Source: Promethearchaeia archaeon
GTDB taxonomy: Archaea > Asgardarchaeota > Lokiarchaeia > Sigyniarchaeales > SOKP01
Assembly (NCBI GenBank): GCA_029856145.1
Contig: JAHQWK010000003.1
Location: forward strand, 1-64,000
Direction of reading: 5' to 3'
DNA length: 64,000 bases
Shown here: piece by piece, positions 30,609 to 39,883 of the stretch
Numbering within the stretch: the stretch's first letter is position 1
Layout: each line of letters begins with the position of its first letter
Program-made: the position numbers and the translations under genes
The notes under the pieces: generated by a model
What the model was told of the DNA's origin: nothing
The model's database searches: none
The model's input: the letters and a program-made list of their open reading frames with translations, nothing else

Positions 30609-30797
30609 TATAATTTATCTGCGTTTTTTTAAAGTTTTCAACTCTATTCACGTAGTATAATAAATTAAAAATACTTACTATTTTTAAGAATATCGAAGTC
30701 GAAACTTCCCTAAAAATAATATATAAAAATAACTATTTTTATTATATGGGTAAATACACTTTTATGCTATTATAGTTTACAAAGGGTAGATAAACTC

Positions 30798-32384
30798 ATG
30801 TCAATAAATAGAAAAGGTCTTTTCAATGAATTGTTCAGCCAATTCTTAGATGTTAATAAAGATGTAGAAGCAGTTATAGTAAGTGATAAGCAAGGTTTAG
30901 TTATTGCCGGTGAAAAAAGAAGCGACGTAGATATGGAAATTGTTTCTGTGTTAACTTCTATAATTAATCCAATCATTGAAAGGATTCGCGATGAATTTAT
31001 GTTCAAAAAATTTGGGACTGCTAGCTTTGACACAGAATTCTATAGACTATTATTTATTTCCTTGGATGAAAAAAGAACTCTAAGTGTCGTTTTAAATAAT
31101 TTAGCATCTGTAGATAAAGCATCTCCATATGCTTATCTACTTGCCGAAAAATCTGTCCAAATCCTTAATGCAATGGAGGGCGATAATATTCAGTTAACAA
31201 TCCCTAACTTCGAATATGAAACAGATGAAACTACTTATTCTGAAAGAGTAAAAAACCAAATTTATCAAATGCGATTAGATCAAGGTGGACTATATCGTTT
31301 CAAATTTGTCATTATTGGAAATCATGAAGTAGGAAAAACTAGTCTTGTCAGACGATTTGTAGAAAATAAATTTTCGCACGATTATCGTGCAACTATAGGA
31401 TTGAATATACTATCTCATTCCATTGAATTTTTTGGAAATAATGTTGTTTACTCGCTCTGGGACGTAGGGGCTCAGCAATATTTCAAGAGATTTCGCCAAA
31501 CTTACTATTTGGGCACACAAGCAGCGTTTATAGTTTTTGATCTCACTAATAGGAAATCTTTAGAAAGCATTAAGGAATGGTATAAAGAATTAGAGGACTT
31601 TATAGGCGGAAGAGGGATTCCAATTATTATTATAGGAAATAAAAAGGACTTAAAAGACCAAAGAGCTATAGATTATGAAGACGGTGTGAAAGTAGTGAAT
31701 GAATTATCTGATAAACCAAATATCAAAATATCTTATATTGAAACTAGTGCTTTAACAGGGGAAAATGTTGAAGATGCGTTTACATTAATTGCATATCATT
31801 ATATTTCAAAAAGTAAAGAAGAAGAAGAGGAAAGAGTTAAGCAAGATTTGGTAGAGGAACTCAATTCTATCCTGAAAGAAAGAAAAGTGATAGGAGAAAT
31901 TTTAGACTCATTATTAACATTGACAATAATATCTGAAAATGAATTCTGGAGCCCTGGTTTACAGATTCTCTCAGAAATCAATGATTTAAATGAATGTGAA
32001 AAACTCAAAGACGATAAAGAAGAAAAATTATATACATTCTCAAATGGAGTAATCTTAAAGAATTATCTTTACCATAATTTTGAACTGTGTGATTCTGATG
32101 GAGTTTTCTGCATTTTTGATGCCCGTGATAAAGATCATATAGATCCAAATTGGAAAGACGTTGTCGTTAAAATCATAAATGACATTAAAAAGAATAAAGT
32201 TGTTTTAATTGGGATTCGGGTTTCAGATAAAAGCGATTGGTCAGCTATTATGGAAGAATTTAATGTTAACGAATTATTAGAACAGAAAATGGTATCTTTA
32301 CTATTCTTCAAACTAGGTCTCGAATATCGATTAGAAATATACGATCAACTAAAAGTTATGTTAAATACAATAAGGTATCTTTAA
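30798..32384 (+). CDS. Roadblock-Rab-like small GTPase fusion with C-terminal GTPase-like domain
   Basis: VEAVIVSDKQGLVIA roadblock; GNHEVGKTS, TIG, WDVGAQ, GNKKD, ETSA. Confidence 0.9.
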   Translation: MSINRKGLFNELFSQFLDVNKDVEAVIVSDKQGLVIAGEKRSDVDMEIVSVLTSIINPIIERIRDEFMFKKFGTASFDTEFYRLLFISLDEKRTLSVVLNNLASVDKASPYAYLLAEKSVQILNAMEGDNIQLTIPNFEYETDETTYSERVKNQIYQMRLDQGGLYRFKFVIIGNHEVGKTSLVRRFVENKFSHDYRATIGLNILSHSIEFFGNNVVYSLWDVGAQQYFKRFRQTYYLGTQAAFIVFDLTNRKSLESIKEWYKELEDFIGGRGIPIIIIGNKKDLKDQRAIDYEDGVKVVNELSDKPNIKISYIETSALTGENVEDAFTLIAYHYISKSKEEEEERVKQDLVEELNSILKERKVIGEILDSLLTLTIISENEFWSPGLQILSEINDLNECEKLKDDKEEKLYTFSNGVILKNYLYHNFELCDSDGVFCIFDARDKDHIDPNWKDVVVKIINDIKKNKVVLIGIRVSDKSDWSAIMEEFNVNELLEQKMVSLLFFKLGLEYRLEIYDQLKVMLNTIRYL

Positions 32385-32502
32385 TTACTCAGTATCTTGA
32401 AAATATACATTCAAAAGAAGATCAGTGGCTATTAATAATCAATAATAAAAATCCCCATAATAAATATAATATAGATATTATAATATCGAATTATAGTATT
32501 AT

Positions 32503-34080
32503 TTGCGAGTAGAGAAACTTTTGCCATTACAAAAAAATAAGCTCTTTAAAGAATTATTTAATAAGTTCTTAGAATCTAACACTGAAGTAGAAGCTATTAT
32601 CATATCAGATGTAGAAGGTTTAATAATTGCGGGAGAAAAAAGGAAGGATATTGATATGGAATTAGTTTCTGTTTTAACTTCAATTATCAATCCTATCTTA
32701 AGTCGTATGCGTAGTGAATTTGAATTTCAAAAATTCGGAAATGCAAGTTTTGATACGGAGGATCATCGCCTATTATTTATCTCTGTTGATGAGGAAAGAA
32801 TTTTAAGCTTAGTTTTAGAAAGCATTGCTTCAATTGAAAGAATGTCACCATATGGACTTTTTCTAGCAGAGAAGACAGCACAAATCCTCACAGCTGACGA
32901 AGAAGATTTAATTCAGGTTGTAATTCCCAATTTTGAATATGAAGCGGGTAATGTTGAACGATTAAAAAATCAACTATACGAAATGCAATTAGGATTAGGT
33001 GGTGAATATCGTTTTAAATTTGTTATTTTAGGTGATCATGAAGTTGGAAAAACCTCAATCATCCGAAGATTTGTTGAAAAAAGATACACAACAGATTATA
33101 GAGCAACTATAGGTCTCAATGTTTTATCTCATGAGTTCGAATTTTTTGGAAATAAAATTGGTGTAACTCTTTACGACATAGGAGCCCAAAAATTCTTTCG
33201 TCGTTTTCGAAAAATCTATTATTTGGGAGCCCAAGCAGCCTTCATCGTATTTGATCTTACGAATCGCGAATCTTTCGAAAACATTAAAAGTTGGTATGAG
33301 GAACTGAAGCTCTTTACTTCTGGAGAAGATATTCCCATTGTAATAGTTGGAAATAAAACAGATTTAACTGAAGAGAGAAAAGTATTTTATCAAGAAGGTG
33401 CAAAATTAGCGAATAATCTATCCCAAAGCGAAAAAATAAAGATTTCATACATTGAAACAAGTGCATTAAATGGTAGCAATGTAGAGGATGCTTTTAACTT
33501 AATTTCGTATCATTATGTAATGAAAAGCAAAGAAATTGAAGAAGAAAGACGTGGTGATATTTTACTTGATATTATTAACTCGATCTTGAAAAAGAAAATT
33601 GTCTTAACTTTATCTTTAATCTCTGAAAACTTACAATGGAGTCCTGGATTACAAATCATAACGAATATTGCAAAATTAGGAGGTAAATCTCTTATAAGAG
33701 ATTATGATGATGAGGAAGTTTATCAGTTTACGAATGGTTTGATTATAAAGCAGCATCAATATTCTGCTATTGATGATATTTCCAGTTCTGATGGAATATT
33801 TTGTATTTTCGATACTCGAACAAAAGGAACAGTAGACCAAAACTGGAAAGAACTCATAATAAAAATCATAGAAAACATAAAAGAGAACGGGGTAATTTTA
33901 ATTGGAATCAGAGCTTCAGAGAGCAGTAATTGGTCTGAGGTAATCGAACAATTAAATGTTGATGAATACCTTGAAAAAAAAGTAGTTGATCTCTTATTCT
34001 TTAGAATTGGCACTGATTTCAGGCTGGATATCTTCGATCAATTGAAAGTAATGCTTTCTGCTATAGATAATAAATATTAA
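32503..34080 (+). CDS. Roadblock-Rab-like small GTPase fusion, tandem paralog
   Basis: Same architecture: GDHEVGKTS, YDIGAQ, GNKTD, ETSA. Confidence 0.9.
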   Translation: MRVEKLLPLQKNKLFKELFNKFLESNTEVEAIIISDVEGLIIAGEKRKDIDMELVSVLTSIINPILSRMRSEFEFQKFGNASFDTEDHRLLFISVDEERILSLVLESIASIERMSPYGLFLAEKTAQILTADEEDLIQVVIPNFEYEAGNVERLKNQLYEMQLGLGGEYRFKFVILGDHEVGKTSIIRRFVEKRYTTDYRATIGLNVLSHEFEFFGNKIGVTLYDIGAQKFFRRFRKIYYLGAQAAFIVFDLTNRESFENIKSWYEELKLFTSGEDIPIVIVGNKTDLTEERKVFYQEGAKLANNLSQSEKIKISYIETSALNGSNVEDAFNLISYHYVMKSKEIEEERRGDILLDIINSILKKKIVLTLSLISENLQWSPGLQIITNIAKLGGKSLIRDYDDEEVYQFTNGLIIKQHQYSAIDDISSSDGIFCIFDTRTKGTVDQNWKELIIKIIENIKENGVILIGIRASESSNWSEVIEQLNVDEYLEKKVVDLLFFRIGTDFRLDIFDQLKVMLSAIDNKY

Positions 34081-34344
34081 TATTTCACCCTTTTAAGAAA
34101 GATCAATTATCTTTACATTAAAGTTAGATAAGATATAAAATATCTACAAAAATATTAGAATTATTAGATCTGGTTAGATAGAGTAATTTTTTAATCATTA
34201 TAATTTAAAAATTTCAAAATTGAAAAAAATCTCAGATCTAAAAGCTCAGAACCATATCCACGAGCTTTTTTCTCAGACATCGCTATTTTGACTTCTGATG
34301 AATTTATTAACCCAAACACATTATTTCGAAAAGCTACCATAATC

Positions 34345-34436
34345 TTTATATATTTGAAAGAAGTAATATACCATAATAAAGTTCATATTGAAAAATTTGG
34401 ACTTTGAGAAATTATATTAAAAATTAAAAGTGGAGG
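34345..34436 (+). promoter_or_regulatory. Candidate TATA box and Shine-Dalgarno for the histone gene
   Basis: TTTATATA at 34345-34352; GGAGG at 34432-34436, 9 nt before ATG 34446. Confidence 0.55.
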
Positions 34437-34445
34437 AATAATAAA

Positions 34446-34687
34446 ATGGCAAAGAAGGTATGTAAAAGCATCTCGCTTAGCACGTCAATTTTGCCTGGTC
34501 TCCTGTCCGAAAGTTGATGAAAGATAACGGCGCTGAGATGGTCGCCCGAGATGCTGTTGATGCCTTAATTGACTACTTAGAAAAGTTAGCCAAAGGTATG
34601 ACAAACAAAGCACTTGAGATGACTAGACATGCTGGTCGAAAGAAACTCACGCTTGACGACATGGGCTTGGCAATGAAAATAATCTAA
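34446..34687 (+). CDS. Archaeal histone (HMf-fold), split: join(34446..34457,34481..34687), 72 aa
   Basis: MAKK + HVNFAWSPVRKLMKDNGAEMVARDAVDALIDYLEKLAKGMTNKALEMTRHAGRKKLTLDDMGLAMKII*; P-x-R-x-x-K, GA-x-x-V and HAGRK histone-fold signatures. Confidence 0.9.
34458..34480 (+). other. Putative 23-nt intron GTATGTAAAAGCATCTCGCTTAG
   Basis: AAG|GTATGT donor and TTAG| acceptor; excision restores the frame from the SD-led ATG; stops TAA and TAG lie in the exon-2 frame. Confidence 0.65.
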
Positions 34688-34721
34688 TCCCAATAACATA
34701 ATTATATTTTTAAAAAATTCT

Positions 34722-34748
34722 ATTTCTTTTTTTTTTCAATTATTTTTA
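34722..34748 (+). terminator. Oligo-T terminator after the histone gene
   Basis: atttcttttttttttcaatttattttt downstream of the TAA. Confidence 0.5.
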
Positions 34749-34832
34749 CTCTACATTCTAAAAATAATATTAAAATGATGAAGAATCATTAAGTTATCTT
34801 AATTTGGAAATATATTTTATAGGGGAAAAATT

Positions 34833-35918
34833 GTGCCTATATTAGATAGATCAAAAATTCGTCCTGATATTCTTAAAAATATAGATGAGAGCCAGAAGAT
34901 TCAATTGAAAGGTGTTTTAGAATATCTTAAACTTGAAGAAAATAAAGGATTCAATCCGCAAACTTATTTGCAAAAAATAACAGAAGGAAATGAGAAATTT
35001 TTTCGAATGTTATCTAAGAACGAAGGAAGCGTAGAAGATTTGTATGGTTTTTTTACTGATGAGGAAATGCGGAAACTTGCAAAATTCTTCCGATATGTTG
35101 TAAATTACTATATACAGACACAAATAAAAATTCATCCATTACCAGAAGACGTTAAAATAGAAGAAATTGATGTTGATGGGGTTCCCGCTGAATGGCAAAT
35201 AGTACCAGAAGCGACAGAAGATAAAATTATTTTGTACTTCCACGGTGGAGGTATGGTTTTAATGTCTCCCAAAACTCATAGAGCGTTAACAATTGAAATT
35301 GCACAACTTACTAAGATGCGTGTGTTAAGTGTTGATTATCGACTAGCACCTGAACATCCTTTTCCAGCACCCTTGGAAGATTGTGTCAATGCATATAAAT
35401 GGCTTCTTTCACAAGGAATAAAAACAGAAAATATTGTCATTGCTGGAGATTCAGCGGGAGGTAATTTAACACTGACAACTCTAATAAAATTAAGAGACGA
35501 AGGAATTCCATTACCCGCGGGAGCAGTAGCATTATCTCCAGGCACCGATTATACAGGTAATAGTAAATCTTTTTATGAAAATGCTAAAACTGATCCGATT
35601 TTAGCAGATAGAGGGGTATTTTGGTGGACGACAGCTTTTTTAGCAGGAGCAGATCCAAATAATCCATTGATTTCACCTGTATTAGCAGATCTAACAGGTT
35701 TACCTCCAATACTAATACAAGTAAGCACAAGTGAAATGCTTTATGACCATTCAACAAGATTTATAGAACGCGCTAAAGCAGCAGGTGTTGGTGCTACATT
35801 ACAAGAATGGAAGGACACAATCCATGTATTTCAAGGTTTTGGATTATACGATTTACCCGAAGCGAAAGAAGCAATAAATAAAATCGGAGAATTTGTCCTA
35901 AACCTTTTTAAAAATTAA
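34833..35918 (+). CDS. Alpha/beta hydrolase, HSL/Aes esterase family
   Basis: HGGG, DYRLAPEH, GDSAGG, HVFQ. Confidence 0.93.
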   Translation: MPILDRSKIRPDILKNIDESQKIQLKGVLEYLKLEENKGFNPQTYLQKITEGNEKFFRMLSKNEGSVEDLYGFFTDEEMRKLAKFFRYVVNYYIQTQIKIHPLPEDVKIEEIDVDGVPAEWQIVPEATEDKIILYFHGGGMVLMSPKTHRALTIEIAQLTKMRVLSVDYRLAPEHPFPAPLEDCVNAYKWLLSQGIKTENIVIAGDSAGGNLTLTTLIKLRDEGIPLPAGAVALSPGTDYTGNSKSFYENAKTDPILADRGVFWWTTAFLAGADPNNPLISPVLADLTGLPPILIQVSTSEMLYDHSTRFIERAKAAGVGATLQEWKDTIHVFQGFGLYDLPEAKEAINKIGEFVLNLFKN

Positions 35919-35950
35919 TCTTATTATTTTTTTAAATCCAATTAGTAATA

Positions 35951-37090
35951 TTAAGGAGGTAATAATTTTATTTTTTCTGCTCTTCTAAACTTATTTAGAA
36001 ATTTTTGAATAATCATCATAAATCCCCCTGTAAACATAAATTTCTTCATATATTTTAATAATTCTTCATTACTTTGTAAATAGTATATACCTTTTCCTAC
36101 ATTATTATTGGTTTGTTTTACGATTTTTCGCATCTTATGAGAATAAATATCAATAGCCGATTCCCTTGGTTTTCCTGTTTTTTCCACTTCAAGTATTGCT
36201 TTTGCAGCTAATCTTCCACTTAAAGCAGCAGCATCCATTCCTAACCCTCTATACATATCAACTAATCCTGCTGCATCACCCACAAATAATATGCATCTCT
36301 CTCCAAGATGGACCCTATTTTCTCCCATATCCATGTTGCTTGAAAAACCTTCCTTTTTAACAACTTCTCCCTTGAGATTGTATTCCTTTTTAACAACCTC
36401 AAAAAATTTCTGTCATATCTTGGAAATATTTTTATCATATCCAGTACCAATAACCCAAAGATCATCCTTTTTATAGATCCAAGCAAACATCATATTGTTA
36501 TATTCTAAATTCCAATATTGATACAAACGATTAGGTTCTAAATCACCCTCACCATCAAAATTATAATTAATAGTAGCCCCAGTCGACTTTTTTTCGAAAT
36601 CTTCGGATCTCATTTTCATTCTTACTGTTGGCATTAATCCAGTTGCATCAATTAAATACTTAACTTCAATCTGTTCTAGATTTTTATCTTTATCTGAAAT
36701 TGTAACAATGATATTTTTCGTTTTTATTTCCCATTCAATAAGTGTACATTCATCTCGAAATTCTGCTCCATTTTTAATTGCTACTTGGTTTAGCCAATCA
36801 TCAAAAACATCGCGGGTAAAATTAAGCATTTTAAATGGAGCTTTTGTTATTTTTCCATCTGGTCTAACGATTGAAACTTTAGATAATTCATTAGTGCAGA
36901 GCTTTTCAGAAGGAATTTTTTCTCCAATAGTTTTTTCCAAATAGGGGAATTGAATTCCTGAACAAGATTTCATTCTTGGAGTCTTATACCTTTCAACAAA
37001 TAAAGTTTTTAAACCTCCCTTCGCAGCAAATTTTGCTGCAACAGATCCAGCAATTCCACCGCCTGCGATAAAAACATCAAATTCTTTCAA
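35951..37090 (-). pseudogene. Geranylgeranyl reductase-like flavoprotein with an in-frame TGA at 36413-36415 (nonsense or recoded)
   Basis: ORFs 36413-37090 and 35951-36334 share a frame: ...NISKI*QKFFEVVKKE...; GGGIAG, DATG, VGDAAG motifs; 379 codons in total. Confidence 0.8.
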
Positions 37091-37364
37091 ATGAATGACT
37101 CCTGAATATAAATATAGTTAAATTGTAAAGAAATTGAAAATTTAAAAATTATCTTATTTTAAAAAATGATTCAAAAGCTTTAATACATAAAAAGTTCAGC
37201 GTTTTCCTCTATTTATACCAAGTTATATTCATAATTTTGATCTTAGTATTTTTTTAATCATTTTCTTAAGAAAAGTCCAAAATATTCCCACATAGCCTAA
37301 ACTTAATACTGAATGGTTTATTTATACAATTATAACTAAAAAAAAATATATAATCAAGCGAAAA

Positions 37365-37928
37365 ATGTCAGAAAAAAAAGAAGATAAGCCTTTACCATTT
37401 TTAGAAGGAGAGAATGTAGCTCTTTGTCCTGCTAATATAGATCATATTAACCTATATGCTGCTTGGATGAATAATCCTAAAACCAGAAAATATGCAAGGT
37501 ATGAAATGCCCCAGACCATTGAAGAAATTAAAAAGCAGTTCGAACCAAAAAAAGAACCTGTAAAAAATGATATATTTTTTGAAATTTGGCATAATAAAGA
37601 CAAAAAACCAATAGGTTTTGCAGGTTTAATTAGGATTCAGTGGTTTACTCGTAATGCGCATATTTATTTTGTAATTGATCCAGAATATTGGGGACGAAAT
37701 ATTGGAACTGAAGCGGGAAGGTTAGTTGTAGATTATGCCTATAAAGAATTAAATTTGCATAAAATAACTGCTCGAATGGCCGCGCCGAATAAGTCTTCTC
37801 ATCGAGTAGCTGAGAAAATAGGTTTTAAACATGAGATAACACTTAAAAAGGAAGTTTACATTGATGGAGAGCATGTGGATGTTATTGAATATGCTATCTT
37901 TAAGGATGATTGGATGAAATCTCATTAA
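37365..37928 (+). CDS. RimJ/RimL-type GNAT N-acetyltransferase (array copy 1)
   Basis: YWGRNIGTEA acetyl-CoA motif; ELNLHK; N-x-x-S-x-RVAEKIGF. Confidence 0.9.
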   Translation: MSEKKEDKPLPFLEGENVALCPANIDHINLYAAWMNNPKTRKYARYEMPQTIEEIKKQFEPKKEPVKNDIFFEIWHNKDKKPIGFAGLIRIQWFTRNAHIYFVIDPEYWGRNIGTEAGRLVVDYAYKELNLHKITARMAAPNKSSHRVAEKIGFKHEITLKKEVYIDGEHVDVIEYAIFKDDWMKSH

Positions 37929-37971
37929 AAGTATAAATTATATTTACGTTGCAACTGGAGAGGTTTAAATC

Positions 37972-38562
37972 TTGGAAAAGAAAGAAAAATCTAATGAAAT
38001 TGAAGAAGTGGAAGCATTTCCTTTCATCAATGGAGAAAATATTGATCTTTGCCCTCGAAATTCAAAATTAGCTAAGGTTTATGTTTGTTGGAAAAATCAT
38101 CCTCGAGTAAGAAAATATGCCCGAAATGTTGTACCTAGGACTATTGAAGATCAAAGTAAGAGGTTTGAAAGAAGAACTGAAGGATTAGTGGATCATATAT
38201 CCTTAGATGTTTGGCATAAGAAAGATAATAAACCTATTGGTCAAATAGGTTTAAGTCGTATAGACTGGATTAACAGTTGGGCAAATACCTTTCTTCAAAT
38301 TGGAGAACCCGATTATTGGAATAAAGATATTGGTACTGAAGCCACAGAACTGCTTGTTGAGTATGCATTTAATGAATTAAATCTAAATAAATTACATGGG
38401 GGAGTTGCTGTTGATAATATTGGTTCATGGAGTGTAGCTGGAAAAATTGGATTTAAACTGGAAGGAGTAAAAAAGCATGAGATGTATGTTGATGGGAAGT
38501 ATGTTGATACTAAGATATTTCAATTATTGAAAGAAGATTGGGTGAAAGGAAAACAAGACTAA
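37972..38562 (+). CDS. RimJ/RimL-type GNAT (copy 2)
   Basis: YWNKDIGTEA, NIGSWSVAGKIGF. Confidence 0.9.
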   Translation: MEKKEKSNEIEEVEAFPFINGENIDLCPRNSKLAKVYVCWKNHPRVRKYARNVVPRTIEDQSKRFERRTEGLVDHISLDVWHKKDNKPIGQIGLSRIDWINSWANTFLQIGEPDYWNKDIGTEATELLVEYAFNELNLNKLHGGVAVDNIGSWSVAGKIGFKLEGVKKHEMYVDGKYVDTKIFQLLKEDWVKGKQD

Positions 38563-38633
38563 AATTATGATTTTCTAGATTTAATAAGCTTAATTTTAAT
38601 CAAATAAAAGAAAAAAGTGAATTGTAAATAAAA

Positions 38634-39203
38634 ATGAATGATAAAAAGAAGGATTTTGCAACACCCTTTTTAGAGGGAATATTAATAAATTTGTGTCCTT
38701 TAAACATAGAGCACGCGAATTTGTATACTAAGTGGAGTAATGATCCTGATATACGTAGATACTCCAGAAACATAATTCCATGGAGTATAGATGAGGTAAA
38801 AAAATGGTCTGAACCAAAGGAAGAAAGAGTTAAAAAAGAAATCATCTTTGAGATATGGCACCGTAAAGATAATAAGCCTATTGGTAGGGCGGGATTTAGT
38901 GATATTAATTGGTTTAACCGTAATGCCAATTTATTTGCTGAAATTGGAGAATCAGATTATTGGGGGCAAGATATTGGACCGGAAGCTAGTAGACTATTAA
39001 TAGACTATGGATTTGAAGAGCTTAATTTTTATAAGATTTATAGTAGAATATTTTCACCAAATAAACAATCATTGCGAGCTGCTGAAAAAATTGGTTTTAA
39101 ACATGAAGGAACATTAAAAGAACACATTTATATTGATGGGGAATTTGTTGATGAATCAAGATTTGCAATTTTTAAGAAAAATTGGTTAAACTCCAAAAAA
39201 TAA
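38634..39203 (+). CDS. RimJ/RimL-type GNAT (copy 3)
   Basis: YWGQDIGPEA, NKQSLRAAEKIGF. Confidence 0.9.
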   Translation: MNDKKKDFATPFLEGILINLCPLNIEHANLYTKWSNDPDIRRYSRNIIPWSIDEVKKWSEPKEERVKKEIIFEIWHRKDNKPIGRAGFSDINWFNRNANLFAEIGESDYWGQDIGPEASRLLIDYGFEELNFYKIYSRIFSPNKQSLRAAEKIGFKHEGTLKEHIYIDGEFVDESRFAIFKKNWLNSKK

Positions 39204-39254
39204 ATTAATATTTAGTAAATAAAATATCAGTAAAATATCGATTTAGTAAGAATT

Positions 39255-39833
39255 ATGGTAGATAAAAAAGAAAAAAGAAATGAAAAAGTTCCAGTCTTTA
39301 TAGACGGAAAAATAATAAGTCTTGTTCCTCAAAATTCAGAGCATATTAATTTATATGTTAAATGGCTGAATAACGAAAAAGTACGAAAATATGCCCGATG
39401 GGAAATGCCTCGCACAGTTGAAGATGTTAAAAGATGGTTTGAACCTCGAGAAGGAAGAGTACCTTGGTTTGTTGGATTTGAAGTTTGGCATAAGAAAGAT
39501 AGTAAACCAATAGGTCAAGTAGGGTTAGCTTGGATAGATTGGGTTAATGGATGGGCTAATGCTTTTGCTTATATCGGGGAACCTGAATATTGGAGTCAAG
39601 GGATTACTACTGAAGCCACAGAAATGCTTGTTGAATATGCATTCAACGAATTAAATCTTAATAAATTACAGGGTGGGGCAGCTGTTGAAAATATAGGGTC
39701 ATGGAGTGTTGCTGAAAAAATTGGCTTTAAATTTGAAGGAATACGAAAACATGAGATGTATGTAGGTGGAAAATATCTTGATGTTAAGACATATCGCATA
39801 TCAAAGGAAGATTGGGTAAAATCCAAAAAATAA
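39255..39833 (+). CDS. RimJ/RimL-type GNAT (copy 4)
   Basis: YWSQGITTEA, NIGSWSVAEKIGF. Confidence 0.9.
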   Translation: MVDKKEKRNEKVPVFIDGKIISLVPQNSEHINLYVKWLNNEKVRKYARWEMPRTVEDVKRWFEPREGRVPWFVGFEVWHKKDSKPIGQVGLAWIDWVNGWANAFAYIGEPEYWSQGITTEATEMLVEYAFNELNLNKLQGGAAVENIGSWSVAEKIGFKFEGIRKHEMYVGGKYLDVKTYRISKEDWVKSKK

Positions 39834-39883
39834 ATTAAATGAAATTATAGAACACCCAAAATTGTCAAGTTTTAATAAATCAT

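Noticed and set aside
34225-34305. Three CTCAGA (CUGA on the minus strand) motifs and a TGATGA upstream of the histone, suggesting a C/D box sRNA
   Set aside because: The boxes are not in the C...D order on one strand and there is no terminal stem.
35919-35950. SECIS element for the in-frame UGA
   Set aside because: The 3' region is short and AT-rich with no stable hairpin or GA quartet visible.
36350-36397. 15-bp direct repeat ttcctttttaacaac
   Set aside because: It encodes VVKKE twice within the reading frame; only two copies, with no spacer array or CRISPR structure.
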